NCBI GenBank assembly: GCA_040285855.1
Contig: JAUFOQ010000006.1
Location: 2,046,001-2,110,000 of the forward strand
Length of the DNA: 64,000 bases
Reading direction: 5' to 3'
Origin: Eukaryota sp. GEM-RC1
Lineage: Eukaryota
Shown: positions 47,827 through 60,928 of the stretch, one piece after another
Layout of the letters: the number at the start of each line of letters is the position of its first letter
Numbering within the stretch: position 1 is the first letter of the stretch
Position numbers and translations under genes: made by a program
The notes under the pieces: model-generated
What the model was told of the DNA's origin: nothing
What the model saw: the letters and a program-made list of their open reading frames with translations, nothing else
Database searches by the model: none

Positions 47827-50800
47827 TTATTGATCAATCTGTATCACAATTTCTTTCTCGGTGATATCCCGACCGTTTGCTATTTCTTTCTTCTTCAGAG
47901 CATTTAGTATTTCTTTTAATTTGTTTGAATAAGTTTCTTGATCAATTGGAGGTAATGAACCAATTGTCTCTCTTTCGGCTACTTTCTTGTTAATCAACTC
48001 AAGATCCGTGAGACAAAATGTATAGTTATCATTGTCTAACATCCGGGAATGATTGTTGCTTCCAAAGAGAAATTCAAAATGTTTCTCAAAAATCCTTGCC
48101 AAAGTAGATAAACCTAACGTTTTCAAATTGTTCATTGTGTCCTTATTTTTGGTTAAATGAAAGTTCCCAAAACCATGTACAATTCTTGCAATCATCTTGG
48201 GAACGTGATCACTGTTACATCCATAAAAAACTGCCATCAACAAGCAAAAATTTGATACAATGTGAAATTTTGAATATTCCAATTGTTCTCGCCCATCAAT
48301 TACAAATTTTACAAACAGAATTTCAGATACCATGTGAAGAAACAAAAGGCTTCACAATAAATTCCGATTGACTTATCAGTTGCTGACGTTTTGTTTCCCC
48401 CATCACCTTCCAAAACACGTTCTGCATACTTCATCAGATCACATAGTTTGGAAACTTCATGTGATTTCAGCCAATCACTTGCATTATCAATATAGTATTT
48501 AATTAACAACTTAGAAGCTTCCAGTATCTCTTTGTCTGCAGCCTGTGTCAAATAATTCAAAATTGTTTCTTTTTTAGAAATCGCATTTTCATCAATTAAT
48601 GTTTCCGCTAACCGAAGACAAGCTAGTCCAGAGTTTCTAATTGCAGCTTCCTTATACCACTTTCTGGCTTCTTCTTTTTTAGACCTGGGCTCAGGAGAAG
48701 TAGCATATAATTCTGTGTTGATATCTCCCAAAAGTAGCATCGAAGGAACATGGCCATTAACAGCAGCTTCATAAATCAAGTTATATCCTTGAGTAGAATC
48801 GTGTTGGTGCTCAGAGAGAATATCTTCAGGTAAATTTTCAATTAATTCATCATTCCCAAAAAAAGTACGACGCAACAGCAATTGACCATACTCAAAGCGA
48901 GCATTGTTGTGCTTCAAAAGACTTGCCTTTTTCAAACAATCACAACGTGTGTTGAGATCATACTTAGAGGTCATTCCAATGGTGTACCAGCCTTCAGCTT
49001 GCTGAGATTTACCTAGATATTCTAGCGCGGTTTCGAAACATTCCTTCTCTAATAAATGCTTCCCATACAACAAAGAACTCTGTAAATGAGGGTTAGAACA
49101 ATCAGCGGCAGCCCTAAACTTTTCCATTGCCTTCTGTTGATCCATTGTTAGACCGAGACCGTGTAGATAACACATTCCTGCTTCATACAGAGCTTCGGGG
49201 TGAGACTTTGCCTCTAAAAAGAACTGGGCAGCTTCAGACATGTCCAATTTAACAACATTACCAGTTTTACTACAGATTCCACACTTATACAAAGCGTCTT
49301 CGACCTCAGAGGTATCGTCAGCAGCAAGATCTCGTGCTTCTCTGAAGTAGTGGTAAGCTTTGCTTCTATTAGAACCACAACCAAAACCCTTTTCAAAACA
49401 GAGTCCAAGTAGATATTTAATGAAGGGATTTTTGAAATCTGTCAGATCATCAATATATTTGAATATTTTGGTAGGAATTTTTGATGACAGACGCACAGAA
49501 GATGTAATTAATTCAGAAATGAAGCGAAGATATATTTTGGTTTTGTCTTCAGTGGATGGCAACAAGTGTAATAGAATTGGGTTTTTAATTTCAATGATCA
49601 AATTACCATTAATGAAATTTTCAAAAGACCAACTTTGGATTTGACATCTACATCAAGGTCTAGGAATTTGAGGAAAGCCTCTTCATATCCAAGTGAAGCA
49701 GATTCCTTCAAGTAATCATGATTAGCGTTAGATGAGTCGAGTACAAATAGTCTGTAGTAGGCAATGGCAGTGAAAATATTCACCGGTTTAGAGTCCTTGT
49801 CTAAATTAGTTATTATATCTCCATACAACTTTTTACTTTCACTTAGATCTTGAGAAGCAGTAAACTCATTTTTTCAAGGCAAAGTCCTAGGCATAGTTTA
49901 GCTTCCAACGATTGATGTTTGGCTTGTCGAAGCCAGTAGAGGCAACGTGAAGGTGAGTGTATGTATTGAATGGCAATGTCAACAAAGATAGTTGGATCGC
50001 AATCAAAAGAAGGATTTGAAAAGAAAGATTGATAGCAGTGAATAAGATCTGTTTTGAAAGAGGGATAAAAATTTGAAAGTTTTTAAAGTTTGAATTTTCA
50101 TCAGAATCCCATCTTTCAAGAACGGAAAGAAGACGTCCAGCAATGACGTCAGAAGAAGAAGTTCTAGAAAGATGGAAAATTTTAAACCAATCGTACTTTC
50201 CAATCTTGTCAATAACTGTGTATAAAACCTCTATTTCTTTCCCCACACGTGATATTGATTGACCGGCAACCGAATAAGCATCAAGAGCGTGTCCATACAA
50301 TCCCATTTGATATAAACAAATACCCTTTAACTCATAAAACTCTGACAGAAACGTCTCAAGTACATTCTTACACTTATCAATATGCCTGTTGATATCCGGT
50401 AACAAGTCTATATGGTAGTCATACCCAGGACCCGAGTTCTTATCAAAGTCAGACAAACTCTGTTTTAAATCACTTGAATGACGACGCATTTGAGGAACTG
50501 ATGTAATATCACAGTCTTGTGGGAGATTGGAGTCAGAGGTTGGAAGTCCAATTGAATCACTATCAAGCAAACATTTGATGATATAGGAAAAGTAATGAAA
50601 GTCCGGACAATCAATTTTGATTGCTGCCAGTTTTGAGTGAATTTTGAGAAAATCTGATGGATCACATGATTCGTGGAGGAGCACGGTAATATATTCCAGT
50701 GACTTTGACAAGTTACCAATACAGAAAAAATACTTGGCCCAGTATACTGTTGTTCTTAAACGTTGATCCTCTTCAGATTGATCTTCTTCATCTAATTCAG

Positions 50801-52960
50801 AAAGTCTAAGGAAAATTTCAGAGAACTGAGCGTCATCAAACAACTCCTTTAACTTTTTAACATCATCATCAAATTCGGATTCCTGTGATGAAAAGCTCTG
50901 CGTAAGATCCTTCTTACCATCTTGGAAATTAAAATCAGAAATACTGAATTTTTGTGCCATAACCCGAGCTTCTTCTTCAAACTCATCCCATAGTGAGGAT
51001 AAAAAGCATTTTGCACTATACATAACAGAAAAATAGCTGCTATCATTAAGAAGAAAAGATATTTCCAATAAAATTAAGAACAATAGTTTGCTGGTATTAT
51101 CACTATCACAACCCTTATTTAAAAAATCATTGAGAGATTCAAACAAAATTGACAACATTTGGTTACGTGAAATCAGAGCTTCACTTTTCCAACTGGTGAT
51201 TAAGAGAGGAAGGTGTTCTGTCAAACATTTGAAAGAAACTTTGCCTTTACCATAATATAAGCAAATTAAAATGTGAAGAAATTTTGATTCTTTGAAAAAC
51301 GAGATAAAAGTGCATCAACAGAACCAAAATCACCAACCACAATCAACTCATTTAAAAGACTGATTAATTCATCAACGTTCGAGTGAGATTCCTCTAATTG
51401 ATCCAAAAGGGAGTGCAGGTTTTGAGCAGTTTCATCTAACAAAGATTTTTCAAAGACCAAGTAGTTATCTTGAAAAGAAGTGAATTCTAGAGTTTCTGAA
51501 AACTCAAAAAAGAGATTTGAGGAGAATTTTGAGACATTAGTACAAATTCTTTGAGGATTGTCAATGTTCTTAAACTTTTCGAACAAATCTTTTAGACAGC
51601 GGGCTGACTCAATATCTTTCTGTAATTGGTTTGAGTTAGAAGTGAGAGAATTCGACTGTGATATAAAATTAAATTCTTGCCACTTTTGAAGTTTCTTGAC
51701 TTCTGGTCGAGTCAATAGGTCACTCAGAGACGAATCAATCAAATCATTGGCTATAATCAAATTCGATTCAATTACACTTAGTTGGTAATCAATTGATGTA
51801 AACTTTTCTATGTCATCTTTTGAAACATCATCTTGACTGTCATCAGCAGGTTCCAAAAGACCAATTGGAATATCTGCAGAATCAAACTTATCTGGAGTGG
51901 GATTCAAGTACGTCATACTCGAAGTCGAAGTTTTGACATGAAAAATTTCAAATATTAAGTTTCGAACACATGGAAGAATATAAAAATTGTCACTAAATAT
52001 TATAAACAACATCTTGGGATCAAAATGATAACACTCATCAGTAACAATTCTACACAAGGCCTTGACCTCATTCATTAAAGGAGATTTTTGGAAAATGTCA
52101 TTTACCACAGTGAGTTCTAATTGTCTATTATAGACTTTGCTGTCGTGACAAATACTGATGTTAGTCGATGATGACGTGACGAGTCGTTGCAGAGCATGTC
52201 CACACTGAGTTTCGAGATTTTGTTGTAATTCTGGATTTGAAATTTCAAGATGACAGTGCTCGTAAAACCAATCAATACAATTTGTTACGAGTACAATGGT
52301 GAAACTGTTCAGATTAAGATCTTGACTTTGGTGTGATTTGACAACTTCTACAATTGATTTCTCGTCGTTTTGAGTAAGTTTATACTTACACAAAGTAATT
52401 ACGCTGAAGTCATGCTGGAAGTCAAAAAAGATTACCCTGCCAGGTTTAGGTAAAACCAAAGAATTATCACTATTTTTAAAAAAAGACATGACGAAACCAG
52501 ATCCAAGTAGATACCAGAGGAAGGCGAGCGATGCCGATGAGTTCGAGACCGACACAGGTAGAAGCAAAGTAGAGTAGTTTGGAAACATAAAGAGATGGTT
52601 CAAAAGGAACAATGAAGAGTGTGTGGAACGCTGGTGAGTTGTCTTCGGTATTGGTTTGCTTACTCAAGTGTCTTTTGATCTGAGATAGGAGCATGCAGAA
52701 TACTGACACAGGACTTTTCATGTCGGATATGGCGGTTACATCCATATCAGAAGAGGAGAACAGATCAGAAGAAGAAACAACAGATGATTCGTGATCATCT
52801 TCATATGCAGAGCCATCAAATCTGCGAACTAATCGGAACCCAATGGAAGTTCTGTTGTCAGGAATAAACTCCTACAAACTTGATAGAATAGGACCCTGTT
52901 AGAGAGTAATAAGAAAGTCGGTGTGGTCGTAGAAGTATAGTCAATATGAGTTGATTCATG
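47827..52960 (-). CDS. Large SEL1/TPR-repeat protein broken by several indels
   Basis: Collinear ORFs tile about 5 kb; SEL1 repeats (YLLGLCFEKGFG, ALYEAGMCYLHGLG, ARKWYKEAA); 5' end uncertain. Confidence 0.7.
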
Positions 52961-53283
52961 TACAGTCCTTTGAAGAATTGATTTTTAAAAAAGGAGACCA
53001 TGTACAACTACAGTTTGTAACGACTTCTCAGGTTGGGGTTCTAAGTTAGAACTTCTAACTGGAACCATATCTTAAAACTACATTTGAACTGAAACTAGTA
53101 ATGTTAGAACCGATGAACTGTTTGGACGTAGGTTTCTCTACATTACATTATTACACTTGAGTTAAAAGAACTTTCCACAGGAACCACCTTTTTCTAAAAA
53201 TACAAATCTCACTCTTTTCCATTATCGATAGATTTTTATTGCAGTAAATACGATACATATTTTTTCTCACCCCTGGTTCAGAG

Positions 53284-54402
53284 CATAGCAGTGTTCGAAG
53301 ACACGCGTGGACACGTTTGGACACGCAGACACGTTTGGACACGGACACGGTGTCTTTTGAAAAACACGCAGAAAAACACGCAAAAAGACACCGCGTGTGT
53401 ACGTGTTTTTCTGCAAAAAACCTAGAAAACTTCGAAAGTACCCTTTTATTTCCCTCAACACTGTTCGACTTGAATGTTTTTCTATATGTTATACCACAAT
53501 AGACCGCAATGCCAACAGAAAGTGGCCAAAATACTGACATGATGCGTTGTCAAACAGACCTAGAACACAATTCAACTCAACAGAACCACAGAATCCAAGA
53601 TTCAGTGATGGGATGTCAGATAAAGGCAAGAATTAGCCCAAAAGTATGTTTTGATAGTCAAACTCTATATAGTTGATGAGAAATTTGTTTCCGAAAAAAC
53701 ACGCAAAAACACCCAAAAGACACATCAAAGACACCGTGTGGACACGCGTGTTAACACCGACACGGTGTCTTTTGAAAAACACGTGGGAAATTTCGAACAC
53801 TGGAGCATAGTACACTAAAACACGTGTTCTTCTAGTTACAACACGTTCACAACACGTTCACACCCAACACCGTGTTGAACACCGCTACAACACCGCCACC
53901 CAACCACACAAACTTTTCCTCCAATTCTCTCTTCAAAAATGTATGATCTTCAGTGATCGAATACATCCATTGTACGTGAATTCGTGTAACACAGCCTTTA
54001 CCACCGTATCACTACTGGCCACGATTATTTCAGGAGCACTGTGAGTGTCAAGAAAGACATTTATGTACAAGTCACACTGTTAGCCTTCCTTCCAAACCGA
54101 AAAATCAGTTTAAATGTTCCTGTAAATTGAAGCACATTTCATCTTGAACAATTGGAGAATCATATGTAGTTTCCCACTAATTGAGAAGTATAAGTCAAAA
54201 GTCTATCAATTCTAAATCCAGAAAGTTCCTATTTGTACTCACGAGCTTTTATGCTGCATAGATTTTGTATAATTTAGACCATTTTCATACAGTAGCTTGG
54301 AAACAATCAACAACGAAAAACACCTCATCCATCCTTTCGAAATTTACAACACGTTCACACTCCACACCGTGTTCAAAAACGCCCAGTGTTTTGTGTACTA
54401 TG
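53284..54402. mobile_element. hAT-type MITE (family Y) with a second MITE inserted in its left TIR
   Basis: Ends CATAG(TACAC) / GTGTACTATG; TSD GTTCAGAG/GTTCAAAG; inverted homologue of 38686-39303. Confidence 0.82.
53289..53802. mobile_element. hAT-type MITE (family X)
   Basis: TIRs CAGTGTTCGAA / TTCGAACACTG; perfect TSD GAGCATAG; ACACG-rich subtermini. Confidence 0.88.
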
Positions 54403-54973
54403 GTTCAAAGTGTTATGAATGCATTCAGTTTATGAAGAATTATTTCCATTTAAGGAAATACAATCAGGTCAAGTGAAGTAACATGTTTTTTCTTCACTTG
54501 ATTCGTTTTCAAAAGTCTACAAAGATCTATTTTGAATGAATCTGACCGACACAAATTTGAAAAATGATGTTCTTTATTTCTTAGACTTGAGAGTCATACT
54601 GGAATACTTCACTTTTTGTTCTGCAGCTGTAAACAAATTTAACGAAGAATCTAGTAATCTACTAACACACAACACATTACAATCATCAACACTAGTACAG
54701 TTCGACTCATTTTAAGTAACGTATTGAAGCTCCCCTCATTTTTGATCTGAAAGATCACTTTCTGAAAGGTGTTTCAAGACTGCTTCTACTTTAAAGTGAA
54801 CACCAGTTGGTACACTTATGGCCTATATGATTGATTGAACGTAACTGCACAAAATAGGACAATGAATAAAATGACGTGAAACGCCGTTAGCTCCACAAGC
54901 GTAGAACAGTTTTAAAAAATGCCGGTCAGATGGCTTATCAAGAAGACGCATTTTGATCATCCAGGCCTCACAG

Positions 54974-55907
54974 TGTTGGTGCTTTCACCAATGGAATGAA
55001 GAAAAGCTTGTTTATTGATCTATACAAGAAAGAAGAACTACTGCCACGTCACTATTTACTAACACTACCTCTTCTACATATTTTTTTTAGAGGATTCACA
55101 AAATCAGGTCTTAAGCTATCATCTATCATCTCTAAATGGTTCACTTCTTCGACTTTGGCTTTACAATTTACTGCAAGGTGACCAGGACGATGACATCGGT
55201 AACAGTTTCTTTTCTTGATGTCATCACTACGCAGTTGAGTTCTGCTTATAACTTCGGGATTTGCAGCAGCGGACATCCAAGATCTAGCACGTTCGAGGTC
55301 GACCAATTCTGAGGTAATGCAGCTTATTAAGCTTGTAAGCGAAGGAAATATGTCATCTTTTACTCTGGAAGTAAGAGAAACTGACAAACCTTTAGGACAA
55401 ACACCACGAGCGAATCGCATCATGAAAACCTTTTCTGACAGATTCAACGGTGAAGCCCTTTCCTGAACGCAGACAAATCGACGGAGGTAATCGTTCATCC
55501 GTTCTTGGGGTTCTTTGATGGTTTTATCCATCCGGAGTTCGGAGACAGTCCGAGAAAACTCCTCGTAGGAACTGAAGGTGACCATTCCACGGAGGAATTC
55601 TCTCAAGCTGGAGTCCGAAGACAGTTCAGGACTGTACAACTTGAGAGATTTGAGGATTGCTGGCTCCAGCAAAAGTCTCAAAGGTATTTGTCGAGGCTTA
55701 TCAGTGACTGACTGATAAACCTCGACTGAGTGTAGAAACTCATTTATGTCGGACACAGACAGTGTGGACAATCGGGGTGTTTGATGAGACGGGATCATCG
55801 GGGCAACAATAATTATTGTTGGTGCTTTCACCAATGGAATGAAGAAAAGCTTGTTTATTGATCTATACAAGAAAGAAGAACTACTGCCACGTCACTATTC
55901 ACTAACA
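54974..55907 (-). mobile_element. 934-bp gag-only LTR retroelement
   Basis: 91-bp LTRs at 54974-55064 and 55817-55907 (TG..CA, one mismatch); TSD ACAG; PPT-like AGAAGAGGTAG; Gag with a CCHC knuckle. Confidence 0.92.
55052..55798 (-). CDS. Gag-like protein with CCHC zinc knuckle
   Basis: MNDYLRRF (major-homology-region-like) and CYRCHRPGHLAVNC; the stop lies inside the 3' LTR. Confidence 0.85.
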   Translation of the reverse strand: MIPSHQTPRLSTLSVSDINEFLHSVEVYQSVTDKPRQIPLRLLLEPAILKSLKLYSPELSSDSSLREFLRGMVTFSSYEEFSRTVSELRMDKTIKEPQERMNDYLRRFVCVQERASPLNLSEKVFMMRFARGVCPKGLSVSLTSRVKDDIFPSLTSLISCITSELVDLERARSWMSAAANPEVISRTQLRSDDIKKRNCYRCHRPGHLAVNCKAKVEEVNHLEMIDDSLRPDFVNPLKKICRRGSVSK

Positions 55908-56334
55908 ACAGATAAATGTAATGTAAACGCTGTGGGAAATCGAGAAATATATGTAAAAGAGTCATTCCTGAAGAAATGATCTGCTGGGAAAGCAGCGATC
56001 TCAGGATAATTGGTTTTACCCAAGCTGATGTGATTGTTAAAGTCCAAGAGTTCAAACTCCTTAGACTTCTATTATTTTGCAGAGTACGGACTGCAGAGGG
56101 ACAAAAGGCATATTTGTAAAGGAGTCTCCTTCAAATGAGCAGAGAACAGAGATGTTATTTGTAACTTTATCACCCGTCTCATTACCCCATATACATAAGG
56201 TATAAGGATGAGCGACATTACAATGCCAAGTACGAAGATCTCGAGGAGTTACTCGTTCCATTATGTGATTGTTTTAGAAGATGCATATATCGTTGGAGTT
56301 TGTGATTGCCTTCTGTTCTCACATATGTAAATAG

Positions 56335-58215
56335 AAAAAACGGGGTTTATGATCAGTCAGTGAAATAAATGCATTTGCAGAAGTTAATAACTAACAGACA
56401 CTAACTAAAGTATCTAAACTATGATCCTTCTGTCCATCACCGAACAACTTAATTAAAATTGAATAAAAATATCTGTGCATTGAACGAAACAAAGCAAACG
56501 TTAACCTACTCAACCAAAAATTTTCATTGAAAACTTTACCATACTCAGAACACAATTTACCAAAGGAGGTTAAAAAACCTTGTGCAGCTGGTCCAATATT
56601 ACCGTATATCGACATCGCAAAAGGTTGAAACACAAAAGAATTGTACCTGTCAACATTCAATTGGTTAATTAAGTGACAGTACTTTGTTTTTTTTCCTTTT
56701 CAGCCACTTCAAGTGCAGAAAAATCATCATCAAAAATTTTGGAAATTGATCTTGAATTACAAGGATCAACAGTCGTGAAATCCATGATAATTTCCTGACA
56801 AGATAACCAAGGACCAATCAAATCACCACGACTTTTGGCTGATCAGGAAAGATTAGCAAGTAAAGGTTCAATTTTTCCATGAAAACCATTAGCCTTAAAC
56901 ATATCCAAACATGTATCTCGGATACTGTTGTGAATAATTGATCGAAAATGAATAAATTGATGACAGTTAACTAAATGATGAAAATTGGAAGCCTTTGAAC
57001 GACCACAAAGACATGGAGAATGCTTCAAAAAACCGGAAGGCCATAAACCCAAACTAAGTCTCATGTTTATGAGCCATTCATGATCCTTAAGATTAAAACA
57101 AAATTTTCTTGGCAAACGAGAAACAAAACAAGACGCAGCGCTTGAAGAAATATCATTCAAGAAGCACAAAAAGCGGGACTCTTAGTCTTAGCCAAGCTAA
57201 TACGGTTTTTAAAGTACAAGCTTTCGTGAAACAAAATAAACCTCTTCTGTAACTTGCGAACACACAAAGGCAAAGAGAAAATGCTTCTCTGCTGAATTTC
57301 TGTTACCCCAACAGGAAATAAATCTAACCACAAATTGGAGTCAAGACTATCAATTAAATTTTGAAGACTAATTAACCATACACAAGGTGAGTGAAGTAAA
57401 AAATCTTTCGTTTTCCATAACACAGGATAACGATTCTGAAATTCCAACAAAAAATTCTTTAAAGACCCCAAAAAGGCACCCTCACGCATGTACTTAGCTT
57501 TCGTGAAACCAATACCACCAAAAGAAGTAGAAGTGAAACAATGAGAAGGAAGTGAAGAGTCTTTGTTACCAACCAGATAACTAACAAAATTTGTGCACAA
57601 TGAATTAAAATTACGAGATAATTCGAGAGTTAGTTCAGGCGGTAAACCACGTAAAAAGTGATTAGTTTTACCACCAAAACACACTTGCAGCATAGCAAAA
57701 GAAACTTGTTTGCCTACATCTAAATCAACAATTTGGTTAAGCTGCTGAAAGATACAATTATTCTTATGTGATAAAGTCTCCTTAATTTTGTCATCATTAC
57801 CAATATAATTGCCCAAAAACTTGACACATTCATCCGAATAATTGACAAACGGAATGGAAGATTCCCCAAAATTCAAATCAACTGAAGAACGTCCAATGAC
57901 CAGACATTTTTGAAAATTAATTGACAAACCAAGACTTGAAGACAATTCAACAAAACGAGGAAAACTCGATTCAATGACTTCCAAAGGGCCAACCAAAGAG
58001 GTATCATCAGCATACGAGTTCAACCTAAATCTTGGGAATTCGCTTGAGAATTTGCGAAGAATTCTTTGCAACGGCAAACAGAAAAGAAAAAGGGCCCAAA
58101 GGATCACCTTGTTTCACACCACGAGTGGATGAAATTGTGTGTTCGTGAAAAATTAATGATGAATGATTATACATAATTTCAAAAGAGGACAGCAATTCTG
58201 GAAAATAAAGCTGTC
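56335..58215 (-). mobile_element. 5'-truncated RLE non-LTR retrotransposon, oligo(T)-ended subfamily
   Basis: GVKQGDPLG, YADD, CLCG..HLVNC, HNSIRD and EP..RGD motifs; 3' end CATAAACCCCG followed by T6. Confidence 0.9.
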
Positions 58216-58229
58216 AACAACAGATATCT

Positions 58230-58302
58230 GACCTAGTGGCGTAATTGGAAGCGCACTTGACTACGAATCAAGGGGTTGTGGGTTCGAGTCCCGTCTAGGT
58301 CT
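58230..58302 (+). tRNA. trnR-ACG: tRNA-Arg (anticodon ACG)
   Basis: Acceptor stem GACCTAG/CTAGGTC; anticodon arm CTTGA-CTACGAA-TCAAG; GGTTCGAGTCC T-loop; downstream T-run terminator. Confidence 0.95.
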
Positions 58303-58792
58303 TATTTTTTCAAATTATCCAACAATAATGAACATATTTGCCCACTTTTGAGATGCCATTGTAAGAATGTTTTTTACAGCAATATAGCATTCACATAAAC
58401 TGGAGACCGAAAGAAAACTATGTCTTCGGTTCAGAATTCATGACATTGAATATCATGTCAGATTCCTATGAGATGAATGAGCTAGTGACATCATAACAGA
58501 CCTAAGAAGAGTTAAAAGATGAGATTGATAGAAATACCAACATTGTAAAATCGATACAACAATTGACTGGCATCACCGTTGTTCCTGTAATACTTGACTT
58601 CATAGACATGATCATTAAACTGAAACAAATTAATCGACTTTATTAGTCGACGAGCCGAATCTCCTAATTTCAGATTTGCGCATACTGTAGATTCCATAAA
58701 TATTCGAAAAACTGAAAAAGCATTTCAAAACTCATTTACAGTTGAGGAAGCGAATACAAGAAACATAAATTCAACGGGACTGTAGTTCATAC

Positions 58793-59024
58793 CAGTGTTC
58801 GAAAACACAGGTGTCATTCAGAAAATGAGCGTGTGAAACACGTGTCCGAACCGCATGTCCGAACGGCCATCTTTTACTTCTAGTTTCAAAGATTTCTCAC
58901 TTTCCCCTGATTTCAAGATGACTGGCTCTCAACAAATTCTAATGAAGATGACATTAACGATGTAACTGACGTTGAAGACTCGGAGGACGATGTGATATAG
59001 AATCCTTATCTTATTCGAACACTG
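58793..59024. mobile_element. hAT-type MITE (family X, 232 bp)
   Basis: TIRs CAGTGTTCGAA; perfect TSD GTTCATAC. Confidence 0.88.
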
Positions 59025-60033
59025 GTTCATACAAAGAATGTTGGAAAATATTTGGGAATTTTGGTCAGATTTTATTTGCTATCAGTAGTTATTCGAAAGA
59101 CCTCAAACATCATAATTTTTAAAGGATTGGAAAAACTGACGGACAAGTCTGTAATGCAAGATTAACTAGGGTTCTAGGAAACAAAAATACAATGAAGTAT
59201 TTCAATTTTTACAGCAATTTTACTTGTTATATGGACACACTAAAGCACTAAAGATCTTGATCTAACGGTGGTCGATAAATACTGAAATTACTAAAAACCT
59301 TCTCTGATCACGAAATAAGTGACGGGAAATATTTGGTGTCTATTTTGTTAGTTTTAAACATTCATGATGGATTAGGTTATTTCAAGTACCACTGGTTATT
59401 TACCGAACCATTCTTCATACTGATAAATTCTTTCAACTTGCTCATGTAAAATACAGAAATACATTCGGTACAATACTTGTATTATTTGTTTGTGTTTGCA
59501 ATTTCCTAGTTTTGTAGGAAAGTTACCTTATTGGGTACCGAATAAAGTTGTTAAATTAATACTTGAAACCAGAGAGTTTAGTTGTAAGTTGGTTGTGACC
59601 TAGTATAAGGGCGGTAAAAATACTATTGCTGCAGAAAGTGTCATGGTGCTACGTTCTCAGTCAGTCAATTTCAGCTCCCATAGAAAATTCAGGATATTGT
59701 TGGTTTTTTGTAAATCTATTTTTTCGTCGGAATGTTAACTTTTGAGTACCGAATAAAAAAAACGATTCTGGGTTTACTGAAATCTATAAATGAGATATTA
59801 TTTAGGGTTTGACCTCCAAAGCAATCACTGGCAGATTTTGTTTTAAATTGTGTAAATATTTAATTTTGTCTTCATCAAATCAATGACGTACATGATACTG
59901 CTCAATTGCCAGTCATCATTGTTAAACAAATCATCAAGACGGTGCGTCATTTTTGAGATCGCCAGGGTTCGTTGAACCTAAGATGGAAAATATAGTCTCA
60001 CATGTACAAGATGAAGTTCTTGTTACTAAACAG

Positions 60034-60838
60034 CAGGGGTACTCAAAATTGAATTGGCAATTGATTGGTTCTCAAATTATGTAAACAATTAATATTGCAT
60101 TTAGTGCAATTAATTGACCAATTAATCAGTTATTGTTTTATGAAAACAAAATCGTAAATTATAATACTAAATTCTAAATACAAGCAACTTCCACAAACCA
60201 ACTTGTGTCACAAATCTTCGTCAAAGACTTTTCATTCCTACGGAGGTTTGCTGCGCTTCATTAACAGTTCCAAATTGAGAGTTTCGTCGGTCAAAGTCTA
60301 TCTGCGCAACCAAAAAATTAGCCATGGAAAATAGTCGTTCAATCACCAAACTGGTTACACTAATCAAACTCATGGCAACACATGGACTTTGTGCTCCCAT
60401 TCTATTCTCATTAAGAGAATGTCTCCTGGTAGAAATCTATCGCTTTCCGCCTGCCTCACCCTTATCACCCTTATCACCATTAACAGCATTACTGTCCAAT
60501 TCTTCGACACTTTAACCACGAAAACAATTTTCCTTCTGTTGGTCCACTATCGAATTAAAATACATAAATCTAAAAAGATTTCATATATGAATCGACTAAT
60601 GTAGAACATACTGTATGACATTTCGATAAAAAAGTTTTTGTTCACAATTTTTTGTAAAGCTTCTTTTCCGATTTCAATCAATGATCTGCTCCATATTCAT
60701 AATAAACTGATTAGACCAATAACTGGATAATTGGACAAATAATTGCCAATTAATTGGTGGGGTCTAACGATCGACCAATTAATATTGCAATTAATTGTGG
60801 CAATAACCGAATTGCCAATTCAATTTTGAGTACCCCTG
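60034..60838. mobile_element. hAT-type MITE
   Basis: Long TIRs CAGGGGTACTCAAAATTGAATTGGCAATT; TSD CTAAACAG/CCTAACAG. Confidence 0.85.
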
Positions 60839-60928
60839 CCTAACAGTAAGTTTGGACTATAACAGTTTATTACAGTACAATATTGAAAGAAAACTGATTC
60901 ACTTATTTAAAATTACATATAATAAACA

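Noticed and set aside
391..52620. Widespread programmed ribosomal frameshifting or RNA editing (more than 15 broken genes, including U2AF1, CLASP, DPYD, hydA, BBS5 and DNAL4)
   Set aside because: The breaks I examined fall in homopolymer or dinucleotide runs of all four bases, go in both +1 and -1 directions, and share no slippery-site/stop motif. That pattern is typical of long-read consensus error; short-read polishing would settle it.
53151..53815. Short ORFs in the ACACG-rich region (53151-53540 and others)
   Set aside because: They overlap MITE subterminal repeats and have no protein-like features.
55799..55816. Tf1-like self-priming complementarity in the mini LTR element
   Set aside because: Only about 6 nt (TTATTG/CAATAA) pair with the LTR, too few to claim.
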